A stretch of DNA of 63,965 nucleotides, the filler included, from Reclinomonas americana ATCC 50394 (taxonomy: Eukaryota), in assembly GCA_048213135.1 (NCBI GenBank). It is 6 parts of 3 records of this genome, joined end to end, with 100 filler letters (N's around TTAATTAATTAA, not from the genome) between each part and the next. Parts side by side here need not be neighbours in the genome. Positions count along the whole stretch, not along the records: positions 1 to 31,907 come from PS015298.1; positions 32,008 to 36,218 come from PS015298.1; positions 36,319 to 51,571 come from PS015299.1; 3 more parts are not named here. One strand, given 5' to 3'. Shown in pieces: positions 24,349-36,765 of this stretch. The notes beneath the pieces were generated by a model. The model did not search any database, was not told the DNA's origin, and worked only from the letters and a program-made list of their open reading frames with translations. Each line of letters starts with the position of its first letter. Position 1 is the stretch's first letter. Made by a program: the position numbers and the translations under genes.

Positions 24349-25145
24349 CTTGGATGATGATACCATATTACATCACTGAAAATCTTACCTTACCATAAGA
24401 CAAAACCGTGATGGGAGAATAGGTCAACTGACGCACTCGTGCTCTCTCCTCCTTTCCTTCTTTTCTCCACTGTTTCTGGCTGCGAGTTGTTTTGCTTACT
24501 GTTTACTGCGCACACGTGCAGGATCATTCTGATGGAGAACCTCCGCAACCTGCAATGCGCCCCCGGCGTGCAGATGCACGAGGTGCCGCCAGACACGTGC
24601 TTTAGCGAGGAGGAAGAGGACGAGTTTGATCCGGAAATCCGTGACCCTCGTTGCGTTTNNNNNNNNNNNNNNNNNNNNNNNNNNNNNNNNNNNNNNNNNN
24701 NNNNNNNNNNNNNNNNNNNNNNNNNNNNNNNNNNNNNNNNNNNNNNNNNNNNNNNNNNNNNNNNNNNNNNNNNNNNNNNNNNNNNNNNNNNNNNNNNNNN
24801 NNNNNNNNNNNNNNNNNNNNNNNNNNNNNNNNNNNNNNNNNNNNNNNNNNNNNNNNNNNNNNNNNNNNNNNNNNNNNNNNNNNNNNNNNNNNNNNNNNNN
24901 NNNNNNNNNNNNNNNNNNNNNNNNNNNNNNNNNNNNNNNNNNNNNNNNNNNNNNNNNNNNNNNNNNNNNNNNNNNNNNNNNNNNNNNNNNNNNCTCGCTC
25001 TCTGTGTGTGTGTGCGTGATGAATCCCCCCATGCCCATCGCTGGCTTCTGTCACATGTGCAGTGCGAGACGAGCGAGTCGTTCGCGACGAGGAATTCTAC
25101 GATGGTGACGACGATCAGGATCACGACTTCCTCGATCGCATCTGA
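21281..25145 (+). CDS. Class I histone deacetylase (RPD3/HDAC1-3 family), 10 visible exons
   Basis: [122 protein letters not shown]-terminal [11 protein letters not shown]. Confidence 0.97.
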
Positions 25146-25353
25146 CCGTCTTGTTTCTTTTTACCTGCGTGGAGTAAAAAGACGATGACCGAGGCATGGA
25201 AAGTTGTGATACGTCCTGCTCACTCGTCTTGCAGAGTGGTGACCCGATTCGATATGTTGCGACGTGCCCTGTTTTTTGCAGCAGCGACTCTCGTCACAGA
25301 CTTGCCTTCTGGTTTTTATTCTTCACATTGGTATATCTGTGTTTACAGTGTGC

Positions 25354-25599
25354 TCACTCACTACGCCCAGGCCTCCCTTGTGATTCTGTTCTCTCCACGT
25401 TCTTCTTCTCGGTCGAGGCATCCTTCAGCTGCTGCGCGGCACGAGTGGACTCTTGTGCACGCTCCACCATCTTCTTGACATCAGCAGCGTGCTTTTTCAT
25501 ATGCTCACGAAAGTCAAGCATCGTGTGCTTCACATCGATATCTCCCTCGGTTGCGGCAATGGCAATGCGGTAAAGGCGCTGCGCGCCGCGACTAGTCAT
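25354..25599 (-). CDS. Possible small hypothetical helical protein (81 aa)
   Basis: ORF MTSRGAQRLYRIAIAATEGDIDVKHTMLDFREHMKKH... with coding-like composition. No recognisable family. Confidence 0.25.
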   Translation of the reverse strand: MTSRGAQRLYRIAIAATEGDIDVKHTMLDFREHMKKHAADVKKMVERAQESTRAAQQLKDASTEKKNVERTESQGRPGRSE

Positions 25600-25976
25600 T
25601 GAAGACTTGAATCACTACTGTAGAGGAGCAAAGAACAGGACAACTGAAGGGATCTCGATTGGGATCGTGTGCGCTCTCAGAAGCATGCGTACAGAGAGGG
25701 AGACAGAGCAATGACTGGACACCAATGCGCCATCACTGTTACTATAATTGCAAAGCAATGCCGGTGGCTGCAAGAGCCAGTGTGCCAGCCTGCGCATGCA
25801 GTAGCGACGGCGATGCACTTTCCCTCCTTCCTCCCTCCACCCCTTGTGCACAACGACTACTGGTTCCGGATTCATTCACATTCCGTCTGCGCGCTGCTGT
25901 CTATGGTGTCCACGCGTGCACCACCTCGATTCGTCATCGTCGACAGCTCTCTTCTCCCTCTTCTCACTTGCGCCGC

Positions 25977-28900
25977 TCATGCATGCCCGTTAGCCTGCGG
26001 AGTCACCTCCGGCTCCACCACTGGCTCCACCACTGCCGCAGCCGTCACCGTCTCGCTCACGGGAGGCGCGACGTCGACGCTCTCCACCTGCTTCCCGTCC
26101 GCCAACTGCACCTCCAGCTCGGCGGAAAGTGCCTTGGCCTGGTTCACCTGCTCCTTGGCGGCCTTTAGCAGCGTTCCCAGTTGCTGCCGCTCGCCAAAGG
26201 CCGTGACCGCCAGTCGCGAGGCTTCGGCCAGTTGAGCACCGAGGTCGCTGATGCGCACCTCGGCTTCGTCGACGTTGAGTTTCGAGCGGCGATGCTTGAC
26301 GGCGTCGAGCTGCGCGGCCACCTCCTTGCGCTCGTCGTCGGCCTTGGCCACTCGTCGGCCCGACTCCTCGGCCAGCACACCGAGCGCATCGGCGACCAGC
26401 TTGAGCTCCTTCAGCTCGTCACACGTCGTGTCCAGCCGCAGCGCCAGCTCTCGCCGCTTGTCTTCGGCATGCGCGCGCAGGCGATTGTGTTCGGCCACAT
26501 GCTCCGCGACCGTCACATGCGCCTCGTGCAGAGCCTCCTGCAACTCGTTGATCTGGCGCTCCAGTTCACGCGCCCGCTCTTGCGCGTCGTCCGCCGCTGC
26601 ACTGCGTCGTTCCAGCGCGGCCGCCAGCAGTGCCGAGTCCGTCACCGTCACCGCCGCCACCTCTTGCCACTGATCGGTGAGCACCGTGAGATGTGCAACG
26701 CGCGCCGCCTCCTCCCGTTGCTGCGCCGTGACCGCCTCCAGCGCCACGTCCTTGGCGCGGCTGGCGTCCACCTCCACTGCCAGCGACTGTTGCAAGCGAT
26801 CAATCTCGCCAGCCAGCTCCTGCTGCCGCTGCTCCGCCATCTGCTCGCTCTGCCGCCACTGCTCCTCCATGGCTTGCAACTGGCGCGCGAGCTCGGCGCG
26901 CTCCGCCTCTGTCGCCGTCGCACACTTGTTCCGCTCGTCCAGCTCCGCTTGCAACGCCACCGCACGCCCCGTGGCGTCCTGCAGCAGTGTGACCATGCCC
27001 TTGCGCTCCTCCTCGGCAGCCGTCAGCCGCCGGTTTCCCTCTTCCACCTGCGCCAGCAGGTCGCCAACTCGGGCTTCCGTGTATCGCAGTCGCGCCGTCA
27101 GCTCGCCGCGTTCGACTCCCACGCTCTGCGCGTCTGCTCGCGCTGCCAGCACCTGCTGCTCCAGGTCGACGACTCGTGCACGCAGAGCCTCGTCCCCGCC
27201 GATAGTGGACACGTCGCTGGCAGTGGACCTGGACTGCGACAGCATGCTGGCAAAGTGTTCGTGCTCCGCGGCCATCTGCGCCATCGTGTCCCGAAGACGA
27301 CCTTCGACCTCTGCTTTGGCCGCCTCCAGCTCCCGCTGCGCGCTGAGCACCGCCTCCAGCGCCTCGCTCTTGACGCGACCAACCTCTTGCGCCGCCACCG
27401 CCTCCTGCTCGAACTGTCGTCGCTGTTCTTCGCACGCCAACAACTGGCGGGCGAGCTCGGTGCGCTCCGCCTCGGCGGCATTCGCGCATTTGTTCCGCTC
27501 GTCGAGTTCCGCCTGCAACGCCACAGCGCGAGTAGTGGCATCCTGCAGCAGCGTGACCATGCTCTTGCGCTCCTCCTCGGCGGCTGTTTGCCGCCGGTTT
27601 CCTTCCTCCACCTGCGCCAGCAAGTCGCCGACACGCGCCTCGGCGTACCGCAATCGCGCGGTCAGCTCGCCACGCTCACTCTCGCCGGCGGTCTCTGCCG
27701 CAGCAGCGCGCTGCGCGCTCTCCTCCACGGCGACCTGCAACGCACTGATGCGAGCCTCGGCCGCCTCCAGTTGAACGGCCAGGTTGACACGCGCAGTCTC
27801 CGCCGACTCCGCACCCTTCTTCGACTCCTCCACCTCGACCTGCGCAGCGGCCACCTTTTCCTCCACGCCCCGCAGTTGGAGTGCCAGCTGTGCGCGCTCG
27901 TTCTCAACCGACGCCGCTCGCTTGCCAGCCTCCTCGGCGTCGGCTTGCGCCGCAGCCGCCCGTCCAGTGGCGTCTTTGAGCAGCGCCACAAGCTCTTTCC
28001 TTTCATCCTCTGCTGCACTCACTCGCTTGCCGGCCTCCTGCAGCAGCGCTTGCAGCTCCGCAATGCGTGCTTGATAGTTGACTCGCTCCTCGTCCATGGC
28101 AGACAGCATGCGTCGCGCCTCTTGGACATCGGCACTCGCCAGCTTATCCGCCACTTGCAGCTTCGCGAGCGCCGCCTCCCTATCGCTCTCCGCAGCGGCG
28201 GCCCGCGCGGCCGACTCGGCTGCGCGCGTCTCCGCATCGAGCACACGTCGCGTGAGTTCGGCACTTGTGGTTTCAGAGGCACTGGCACGCTGCTTGGCAT
28301 CCTGCAGCTCCGCTTGCAGCGCCGCCACCGCCACACTGGTAGCCCCTCCGTCGACGCCGTCGAGTGGCGACGCTCGAGCTTCCGCATCCACCAAGCGGCG
28401 CATCATCTCCGACCGCTCGCTTTCTGCGGCGACGGCACGCTCGCTGCACTCGTCTGCTCGTGCGACGAGCACCTGCCGCTCCATTAGCATCGTGGCCAGC
28501 TGCTTTTCGAGCTCTGCAATCTGCGCCCGACTGCGTACTCCCTCGTCCTCCAACTCGTGCCGCCGCTGCTCTGCCTCCGCAATGTGTCGGCTGACCTCGG
28601 CAGCGCTTTGCGCCGCATCGGCCACCGCCTTGCGCAACGCCTCCTGCAACTCGCCCAGTTGACGCTCAAACTGTCCCGCGCGGCGCTCCGAACTGGCGGC
28701 GCTTGTGGTGCTCAGCTCCTCCAGAATACGAATGTGATCCACGAGCTGCTGTACGCCGGCACTTTCGTGACCGTGCCAGGCCTCGGCCGCCACCAGCGCC
28801 TCTCGTTTCTGCTGCGCGTCAGCGGCCGTAGCTTCCAGCTGTGCACGCAGAGCGCTCACTTCGGACTGCCAGTGTACCACCACCTCGGCATGCTCGCCAG

Positions 28901-31900
28901 CCAGCTTGCGCGTAGAGGCCTCGTGGCGCGCATCCGCCTCGGCCACTTGCACACGCAATGCGTCGGCGGCACTGCGCATGTCACTGAGCTCGGCGCGAGC
29001 AGCGGCGAGATCGCGATGCGCCTGGGCCAGTCGCGCACTCGCCGTGTCGATTTGCGCCACGTGAGCCGCCGTCGTTGCTCGCAGCACCACCACCTCACCC
29101 TCCGCCTTGTGCAAGCGCGCACGCACATCCTCCAGTTCATCGACCGACGCCGTCGGCAAGGCCAGGCTGTCAGCCGATGGTGAACGCAGGAGGTGTAGTT
29201 CTGCCGCCTGCAATTCCTCTACCCGCATTCGCAGCTCTGCCGCCGCCGCGCGACCCTCGGCCGATTCGGTGAGGAGCTGCTCAATGTGCCTCTCCAGACG
29301 ATCGAAGCGTTGCGCGGAGACCAGTTTCTGATGAAAGGAAAAGCATTTGTCAGCAACAAATTTTCTGTGGTTGGAAGACGATCGCCACGCACATCATCCT
29401 CGGCCGTGCGCACAGCCCGCTCGAGTTCCGCACGCAGCCGCTGGACTTCGTGGTGCGCCATCTCCAACTCTCGCTCCTTGTCGCCGATATCACGCAGCAG
29501 GGCCTCCACACGGTGTGAGCACTCGACTTCGTTGCGACGCATATCCTGCTCCAGATCGGCCAGCTCGTGCTCCAGGCTCTCCACAGTGACCTCGAGATGA
29601 CCAATGCCATCGGCAGCAACCAGTTTCTGACAAACCAAACTCAAAAATGTCAGCTTCTCGACACCGAGCACAGAGTGGAAACGACTGCGCACCTCTGCTT
29701 GCGCGGCGGCGAGAATGCGCTCAAATTCCGCTTGCATCTTGCGTGCCGTATCGCGCGCCACAGCCAGCTCAGACTCGAGATCTCCAATGTGCCGGTTGAG
29801 CGTCTCAACGTGCGCCGCCGCTGTAGCGTCTCGTTCCAGTGCATGCCGATCTGACTTTTCACGCTCGGCGCTCTCCCGGAGCTGCTTCTCGAGGGCCGCC
29901 ACACGGGCCGTCATCTCCTGCAGCCGCCGAGCGTCCTCCTTCCCCTTCCGCTCCGCCTCTGCGTGTTGTCGGCTGGCCTTGCCGGCCGCAGCGTGTGCGT
30001 CCGGTGTGTGCCTTGCGCAGCTGTTCGTTGAGCTCGTTGATCTGCTGCTCCAGCTCCGCGACATGCTTGCGCTGCGCCTCGTCACCACTCGAATTCTTGG
30101 TCGCCGACACGGCAGCCGCCATGGCTGACTCGGCCAACACAGTCGCAAATCGCTCCTGCTCCTTGGTCAGCTGTGCCATCGTCTCACGCACGCGGCTTTC
30201 GGCCTCCGCCTTGGCCGCCTCCACCTCCCGTTGCGCGCTGAGCACCTTTTGCAGAACCTCGAACAACTCCTTCGCGTGCTGATCGGTGAGCGAACGCACA
30301 GTGCTCTCCCATCGTGCATCGGCCGCCTCCACCTGCTGTCGCAGCATTTGAACCAGCTGCTGCTCGTCGGCAAAGTTGTTCTGCGTGTCGATGAGCTGGT
30401 TCTGAGCATCGGACAGCTGCTCGGCGGCGCTGCTGGCCTTCCTCTGTGCCTCGGCGACCTGCCTGTGGGCCTCCTCCAGCTGGGCGTCGACACGTTGGAG
30501 ATCGCGTTGCGCCTGCGCGAGTTTCGCGCTGACCGTGTCGATCTCCGCCCGACGCGAGGCGCTGCCGGCCCTCAATACCACCAGCTCCTCCCTGGCCTCG
30601 CGCAACTGAGATCGCGCATCGGCCAGTTCTGCCAGCACGGTATCGGTAGCGCCGTTGGTGGCCTGGGCGACGGGAGAGAGAGAACAACGAGACAAAATGA
30701 GTAACTTTCACCACATGGTAAAGGAGAAAACGATCAGTGTCCACCTGCGCGCGTTTGTTTGCCTCCCGTGACTTGTGGCTCGGTGCCGCCGACCCGTTTT
30801 CCACATCGGTCGCCTTTTGCTTCAACTCATTCTCGGCGAGCAGGCGTCGTCGCGTGGCCTCGATAATCTCCTGCTGCAGCTCGTCGCGGTCCTTCTCCAG
30901 CCGCCTCACCCGCTTCTGCGCCGCCTCCAGTTCGTGCTTGGTGGCCGCCATTTCCGCTGTGCCGTCCACGGCGGCATCGCTCTGCCACCGCTGCAGCTCC
31001 TTGAGTTTGAGGCGCTCCTTGCGCAGCGACATTTGCATGGTGTCCATTATGACGGTCTTTTCAGCGTTCGACGCCGCCAGCGCACGCCGAGCCTCGGCCA
31101 GTTCCTCGTCGCGCTTCTGCAGCAAGCTCGCGAGCTCGCGGTGCATCTGCATGGCTGCTTCCACTGCCTCCACAACTTTTTGGCGAGGGAAGCGCGATGA
31201 GAACGACGGCACAAACAGTGGTGGCGACGGGAGGCATACCTTCCGCGGGCAACAGCGCGTCGTGATCAGCCGCTTGCGCAGCAGCCGAAACAACAACAAG
31301 AGGGGGAGGAACATCGATGGAGACAATGTGCTGTTCGACGGGTGAAAGTTGCGGCGAGGCGTCTGCAGCAACAAAACATGAGTGAAGGATATATTGTGAC
31401 AACAGACGAGTTCGCGCAACGGAGCGACTCCTCGACATGCTCTGCAGTGGAGGGAGGGAGAGGGTCAGCGTGAGAGGGAGAGGAGGGGAGGCGATGTGAA
31501 GCGACGGTGACGCACGAATGACATGCTGCGAAAGCATGTGGGAGACCGAGTGGACCTTGCTCGACACACGCGATACGAGCAACTCGGAGGACTCGGGAGG
31601 TGGAGACACGCGTCTTTCCTCACTGGCACCAGCTGGTTGCCGTCGAGTAATTTCGTGAAGCAGCGCAGTTGCCTGCTGCCAGCCTTGCATCAGTTGTTGC
31701 TCCGCCAGGTGCAGACGCTGTCGGGTGGAGAAGAGCGAGGCCTGGCTGGCCTCCAGTTCCATCTCCAGTTGGTGGACTCGGGAGGCGGTGGGGTCGGAGA
31801 TCTTTGTACGGGCAAAGGGGTAAGAAGAGGGAGGGAGGGAAGAGGGAGGGAAGGAAGAGGGATGGGGGAAGGGTGCAGGGTGAAGGGGAGAGGTGAAAGA

Positions 31901-34702
31901 GGGGAATNNNNNNNNNNNNNNNNNNNNNNNNNNNNNNNNNNNNNNNNNNNNTTAATTAATTAANNNNNNNNNNNNNNNNNNNNNNNNNNNNNNNNNNNNN
32001 NNNNNNNGAGGGTAAGCGGAAAGAAGAGGGAACGATTGCAGAGGAACAGAGATAAGGAAAGGGAGAAGAGGGTAAGAGGATATGAGGAAAGGGGAAAGGG
32101 TGCAGAGAAGAATGAAGGAGAGGGAACGGAGAAGAAATAGACAGGCAGAGTAGGATGAAGTGAGACAGTCAGTCAGACATACACAGACGGACTCACGGAA
32201 AGGCACGCACGCACGGGCAGGCACACACGCGCACGCACACGAAAGAAAGAAGGACGGAAGGATAGAAGAAAGAAAGAGTGGGAGAGGTAATGAAAGAAAA
32301 AGAAAAACGAAAGAGAAGGAAGGAAACGGAAGAAAGAAAGAAACAACAGACAGACAGGCGGAAAGAGAAACCGGTATGCAGACAGGAAATAGAGGAAAAA
32401 AGGACAGAGAGTGAGAGAGAAAGCGAAATAAAGACACACGGCGAACAGGCAGTAGAAGAAAAACAGATTTCCAGAAGCACGTACCTTGTCGGAGTGCTTT
32501 GTTGGAGTGCGGAAACTGCCGCTCCCACTCTGTTCGCTCACAAAGTGAGCCACACGACAACGTACACGCAACGGACTGGGAAGATGAAACGCACCATCCG
32601 CTCTCGATCGCGGATATCCTGTTCCGGGCTCCACAAACACGCCGACGAGTCGCTGCTGCTGCCAGAGAAGCGCTTCAGCAGCAGATCGACAGTGATGCTG
32701 AGGGTCTCCAGGCGTCGACTGTGTGTGGCGAGCACGTGTTTCAGTGGCTGTAGAATGAGCATCATCAATGACAATTGAAAACGCAACGTGGGCGACAGGG
32801 CGGCGGCAGCTGCCGACAGCGTGAAATCATCGGCAAGCTTCGTCACACGGAGGAGAGTGGCGAGCTTGTCGCACACGTTGTCGAGCCGTGCCAGTAACTG
32901 GGAGCGCAAGCGAGGCAGTGAGAACGGTGCATTCCCTAATGAGCGGCGATGAACTCACTCTTTCCGTCTCCACGTCCATTCCATGCACCGCCGGCGTACT
33001 GCCACGTGACACGTCAAGATCGGTGACCTCCAACCCACGCCCCACCGAGTGCGCACAGTCATCGTCGTCCACAAACGAAGTTGCCGTCGACCGTCCCACC
33101 TCCAGCTCCAAAAACGTACTCAACCCATCGGCGACTCCCGCAGCTGCGGCGGCTGTCACAGGACCAGTGGCCACAGGCACGCCTCCGTTCACGTCGCCCT
33201 CCTGGTCGCCCCACGCCAAGTCGACGGCCACCAGCTCGGCGCATTCGGGAGGCGGTGGAGCCATGTTGAGCCAGCTGTCGAGGTTGTGCTCGAGAATCGT
33301 GCTGAGGTGCATAAAGTTGTGGTACAGCGCGCCCAGGTCGCGATCGAAGCGCGATAGCGAGTGCGGCGTGCCAGGGATGCGTGGTGAGTGGTTGCCGCGG
33401 GGGGAGAGCGGAGAGTGTATGGTGCGCGGGGACCACGCGGAGCGAGGGGAGTGCGGCGGTGTGTGCTGCGAGCGATAGAAGGGAATGTGAGCCGATCAAT
33501 GTGAAAGGTGTGAGGAGAACAGATGAGAAGCAAGTACACACGGTGGTGTGACGAGAACAGAGCAGCCATGAAACGGAAGGGATGGAACAGGGAAGGCGGA
33601 GCCAGAGACAGAGATTGAACAGAACAAGCCGAACAGGGAAGAGCGGTGTCATCCAAGCACGAGAACAGGAAAGCGGATGCACGACGAAAGGCCAGCCCGT
33701 GTGCACCACGAACAGCAGAGCAATCGAGCAGCGCATGATGAGCGAAAGAAAGGCCAAGAGATGAACAAGAAGGAAAGAAGCGAATCACAACCAGCATGCA
33801 CGACAGAGAGAACAAGAACAAAGAGAGAGGACATTCCGTGCAATCAGCAATCGAGGAGGTCAAGACGATGCAGCAGCAGGAGCGAAACAAGACCAAGACA
33901 TGAGAACGATGCAGCCGAGACGGTAACCAAGGACAAGCAGCACTCAACAACATGCACGACAACAGGCAAAGAGAGTACAGAACGCGCCATCAACAGCGTA
34001 ATCAAAAACAGCAAGTGGACGCAGCACAGAAGCGAACCAAAGCCAAGACATGACAACGATGCAGCCGAGACGCTAACCGAGGACAAGCAGCACTCAACAC
34101 CATGCACGACAGGGAGAAAGAGAGGACAGCCCACGCCGCAATCGAGGAGGGCAAGACGATGCAGCAGAAAAGCGAACCAAGGCCAAGACATGAGATCGAT
34201 GCTAACCAAGGACAAGCAGTGCTCAACACGCTCTGAACAAAGAGAGAGGACACTCCGCGCCGCCCTCGACGAGGCAAGACGATGCAGCAGCAGGAGCGAA
34301 ACAAGACCAAGCGCCAGTTCAACATGAACACCAGACAGGAAGAATGCCGTCAAAACCCAACACTACCTCACTCGCCAGACTCGCAAACGCAGCCGCCGCC
34401 GCCCCTCCCACTGGCACCGCCACACTGCCTGCTCCATATCGACTCGAGATGCACGAGAGAGTCTCCCGCAACGTCGAGATACTGCGCATGGCGTCCAAGA
34501 TCTGCACGTGACTCTCGTCCAACATGCCCGCCACCAGTCGACTTGTGCGTGGCGAGTGCGGAGTCGTCGCACTGCCGCCCTCGCCCATGTCGATGCACAG
34601 AGAGGAGCGAGAGGAGACTGCAGCAGAGGAGGAGGAGGTGCCTGCTTGCTCGCCCAGGCCGAGTAGAGGCGGGATGACAGGGCGATTGAGTCGCGTCTCC
34701 AT
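25977..34702 (-). CDS. Very long coiled-coil protein (paralog B of 15330-20364) with internal repeats and an apparent 1-nt frameshift near 30001
   Basis: 1083-aa heptad ORF 25977-29228 plus upstream exons. Shares SPRIPGTPHSxSRFDRDL, QILxAMxxISTLRETLS, LLARxDxxCxKxxxLLxVTKL and SPEQD blocks and a 21-nt micro-exon with paralog A. Confidence 0.75.
31952..31963. other. Artificial TTAATTAATTAA six-frame-stop scaffold spacer (also at 36263, 51616, 57813, 60070)
   Basis: Identical 12-mer centred in ~100-base N blocks five times, with a stop in all six frames. Confidence 0.97.
33780..34315. repeat. Degenerate intronic tandem repeat (~120-190-bp modules)
   Basis: 'caagacgatgcagcag..agcgaa..aag.ccaagacatga..acgatgc...aaccaaggacaagcagcactcaaca' recurs at ~33860, 34020, 34150 and 34275. 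Confidence 0.8.
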
Positions 34703-35413
34703 GACTGTGCAGTCACAGTGAGTGAGTGAGAGTGCGAGAGAGAAAAGAGAGTGAGTGTGTGTGCGTGAGTGCGAGAGAGAGAGGTGCGAAAGAGCGCCTC
34801 TCAGTCAAAGTGTCGTCATGCGCATTCGGACATTGTGTGCGTTTCTTATGCATATAAGCTCTTTGTGTGTGTCTCTCTCTCTCTCCTCTCGTGCATGCTC
34901 ACCTGCGCGCGACTTCGTGCTTTTGCCTCTGCGCTTCCGATGCGAATTGGGTGATGATTGCATGGTTGTTCGTTTGGACAAGCACGCGACGTCGACGTTC
35001 CTCCGTGCATCAGTGAGAGCCTTGCAGGATGTCTCTTGCGGTTATAAAGGATGTGTATGTGGTTTGCAGAGGTGCGAAAGTTAATCAACTTTCCGAGTTT
35101 GATTGCAAACAACTTGAAACTTCGAGTCTGGAAAGTCCGCGCTTGACCAAGGCCAACCAGCTGCAAGTGGCAACCACCAGTCCTGACAGTAACACAGGTG
35201 CATGATGAGCGGTAAGCGTCGTGCACGAGTATCAGAAACCGAGACAGCCCAGAAAACGGCGAAGTGAATATCGGCACCTGCTGTCTTCGTAACCATTCTG
35301 GAACAGCTGACAGCAACCCAGCTGCACGATGATAATCAGGGCCTTGAAACCCCAAGGCCCGCTCACAGCCACCTCACAAAAGAGCCGCTTCTACTTGCAT
35401 TCGATTTCGCTTA

Positions 35414-36071
35414 TCACTGCGTGTCTTGCAGCAGGTGCGCCACCTGGGCCAACTCTCGGGTCAGCGACTGCACCAGTGCAGCGCACGATTTCAGTCGTTG
35501 TGGCTGCTGTTGTTGCTGCAGTGGCGGTGGCAGTCTGTCTCCCTGCTTCTCCACTGGCCAGTCCAGCAGCCGGCGAGCCCACGAGGCCGCCAACGACGAG
35601 TGCTCCTCACACGCGCTCCTTGCCTCCACAATCTCCTGCTCGAGCTCAGCCGATCGCCCCTCGGCTGCGCGGTCACAGAGAGTAAGCGCCCTCCTTCTCC
35701 CCAGCAAAAGCGTCACCTCGAGCTCCTCTCTCACCTTCCCTCCTATCCAACGCCGCCGCCAACGCCTCAACCAGCTGCACCGCTGCAGCCACACGACTCG
35801 TCTCCACCAGCTGCGCCTCCACCATGTGCTGCTCACGACGCGCCTCGGCCAGCTCAGCCACCAGTCGCTGATTCGCCTCGCGCAGTTCCGCCTCTGGAGT
35901 CGCCACAGACAGCTCCTCCAGCTGCAGTGGAGGCGACACAACAGCAGCCGAGGAGGCAAACAAGGGCGAGGCAGCCTCGCGCAGCTCACTGCCCAACGAA
36001 GGCACGACCTCGCCTTCTCGTTGGATGCTGGTCGGGCTGTAGAACGAGTTGCGAGGGGGTCCACTCTGCGA
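35414..36071 (-). CDS. 3' exons of a coiled-coil-containing protein (may or may not be the tail of the NB-ARC gene)
   Basis: AELREANQRLVAELAEARREQ... followed by ELEVTLLL...LTRELAQVAHLLQDTQ* in another frame, implying a short intron. Separated from upstream exons by a spacer gap. Confidence 0.45.
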
Positions 36072-36183
36072 CTGAGACAAGTGAGACAAGCGAGGAGGAG
36101 GAGGAGGAGGAGGAGGAGGAGGAGGAGGAGGAGGAGGAGGAGGAGGAGGAGGAGGAGGAGGAGGAGGAGGAGGAAGAAGAAGA

Positions 36184-36218
<35 letters not shown>

Positions 36219-36318
36219 NNNNNNNNNNNNNNNNNNNNNNNNNNNNNNNNNNNNNNNNNNNNTTAATTAATTAANNNNNNNNNNNNNNNNNNNNNNNNNN
36301 NNNNNNNNNNNNNNNNNN

Positions 36319-36437
<119 letters not shown>

Positions 36438-36765
36438 GAGACAGAGAGAAAGAAAGTAAGCAAGAGCGAGAGAAAAGGATTGGGGGAAAACAGGGCAAAG
36501 GATACGGAAGGAGAGAAACAGAAAGAGAACCGAGAAATATAGCGAGAAACAGAGACATAATATGACGAAACAGGAAAGAGGAAAGGGACAAAGAAGAGGC
36601 AATGTCAATGAGAAGCAGTTAAGAAGAAGAACAGCGATGGAGAACGAAGAAGAAACATCGAACTGAAGCACAGAAACAAAGGAAACCAAAAGAAGCACAG
36701 CGACAGAAAGAGAGAGAAGAATATGACAAAGAACTCTCTGCTTCGAAAGCCACCATGCAACTCAC

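Noticed and set aside
21315..24650. Non-canonical TT donors (G|TTGCGT) as an alternative reading of the shifted sites
   Set aside because: Would need non-AG acceptors and would change conserved residues (e.g. HDAC YRP to YGP). GT-AG boundaries keep both.
26181..28487. 768-aa and other long antisense ORFs over coiled-coil, GT31 and WD40 genes
   Set aside because: Shadow ORFs caused by high GC3 and Ala/Glu/Leu/Gln codon bias on the coding strand.
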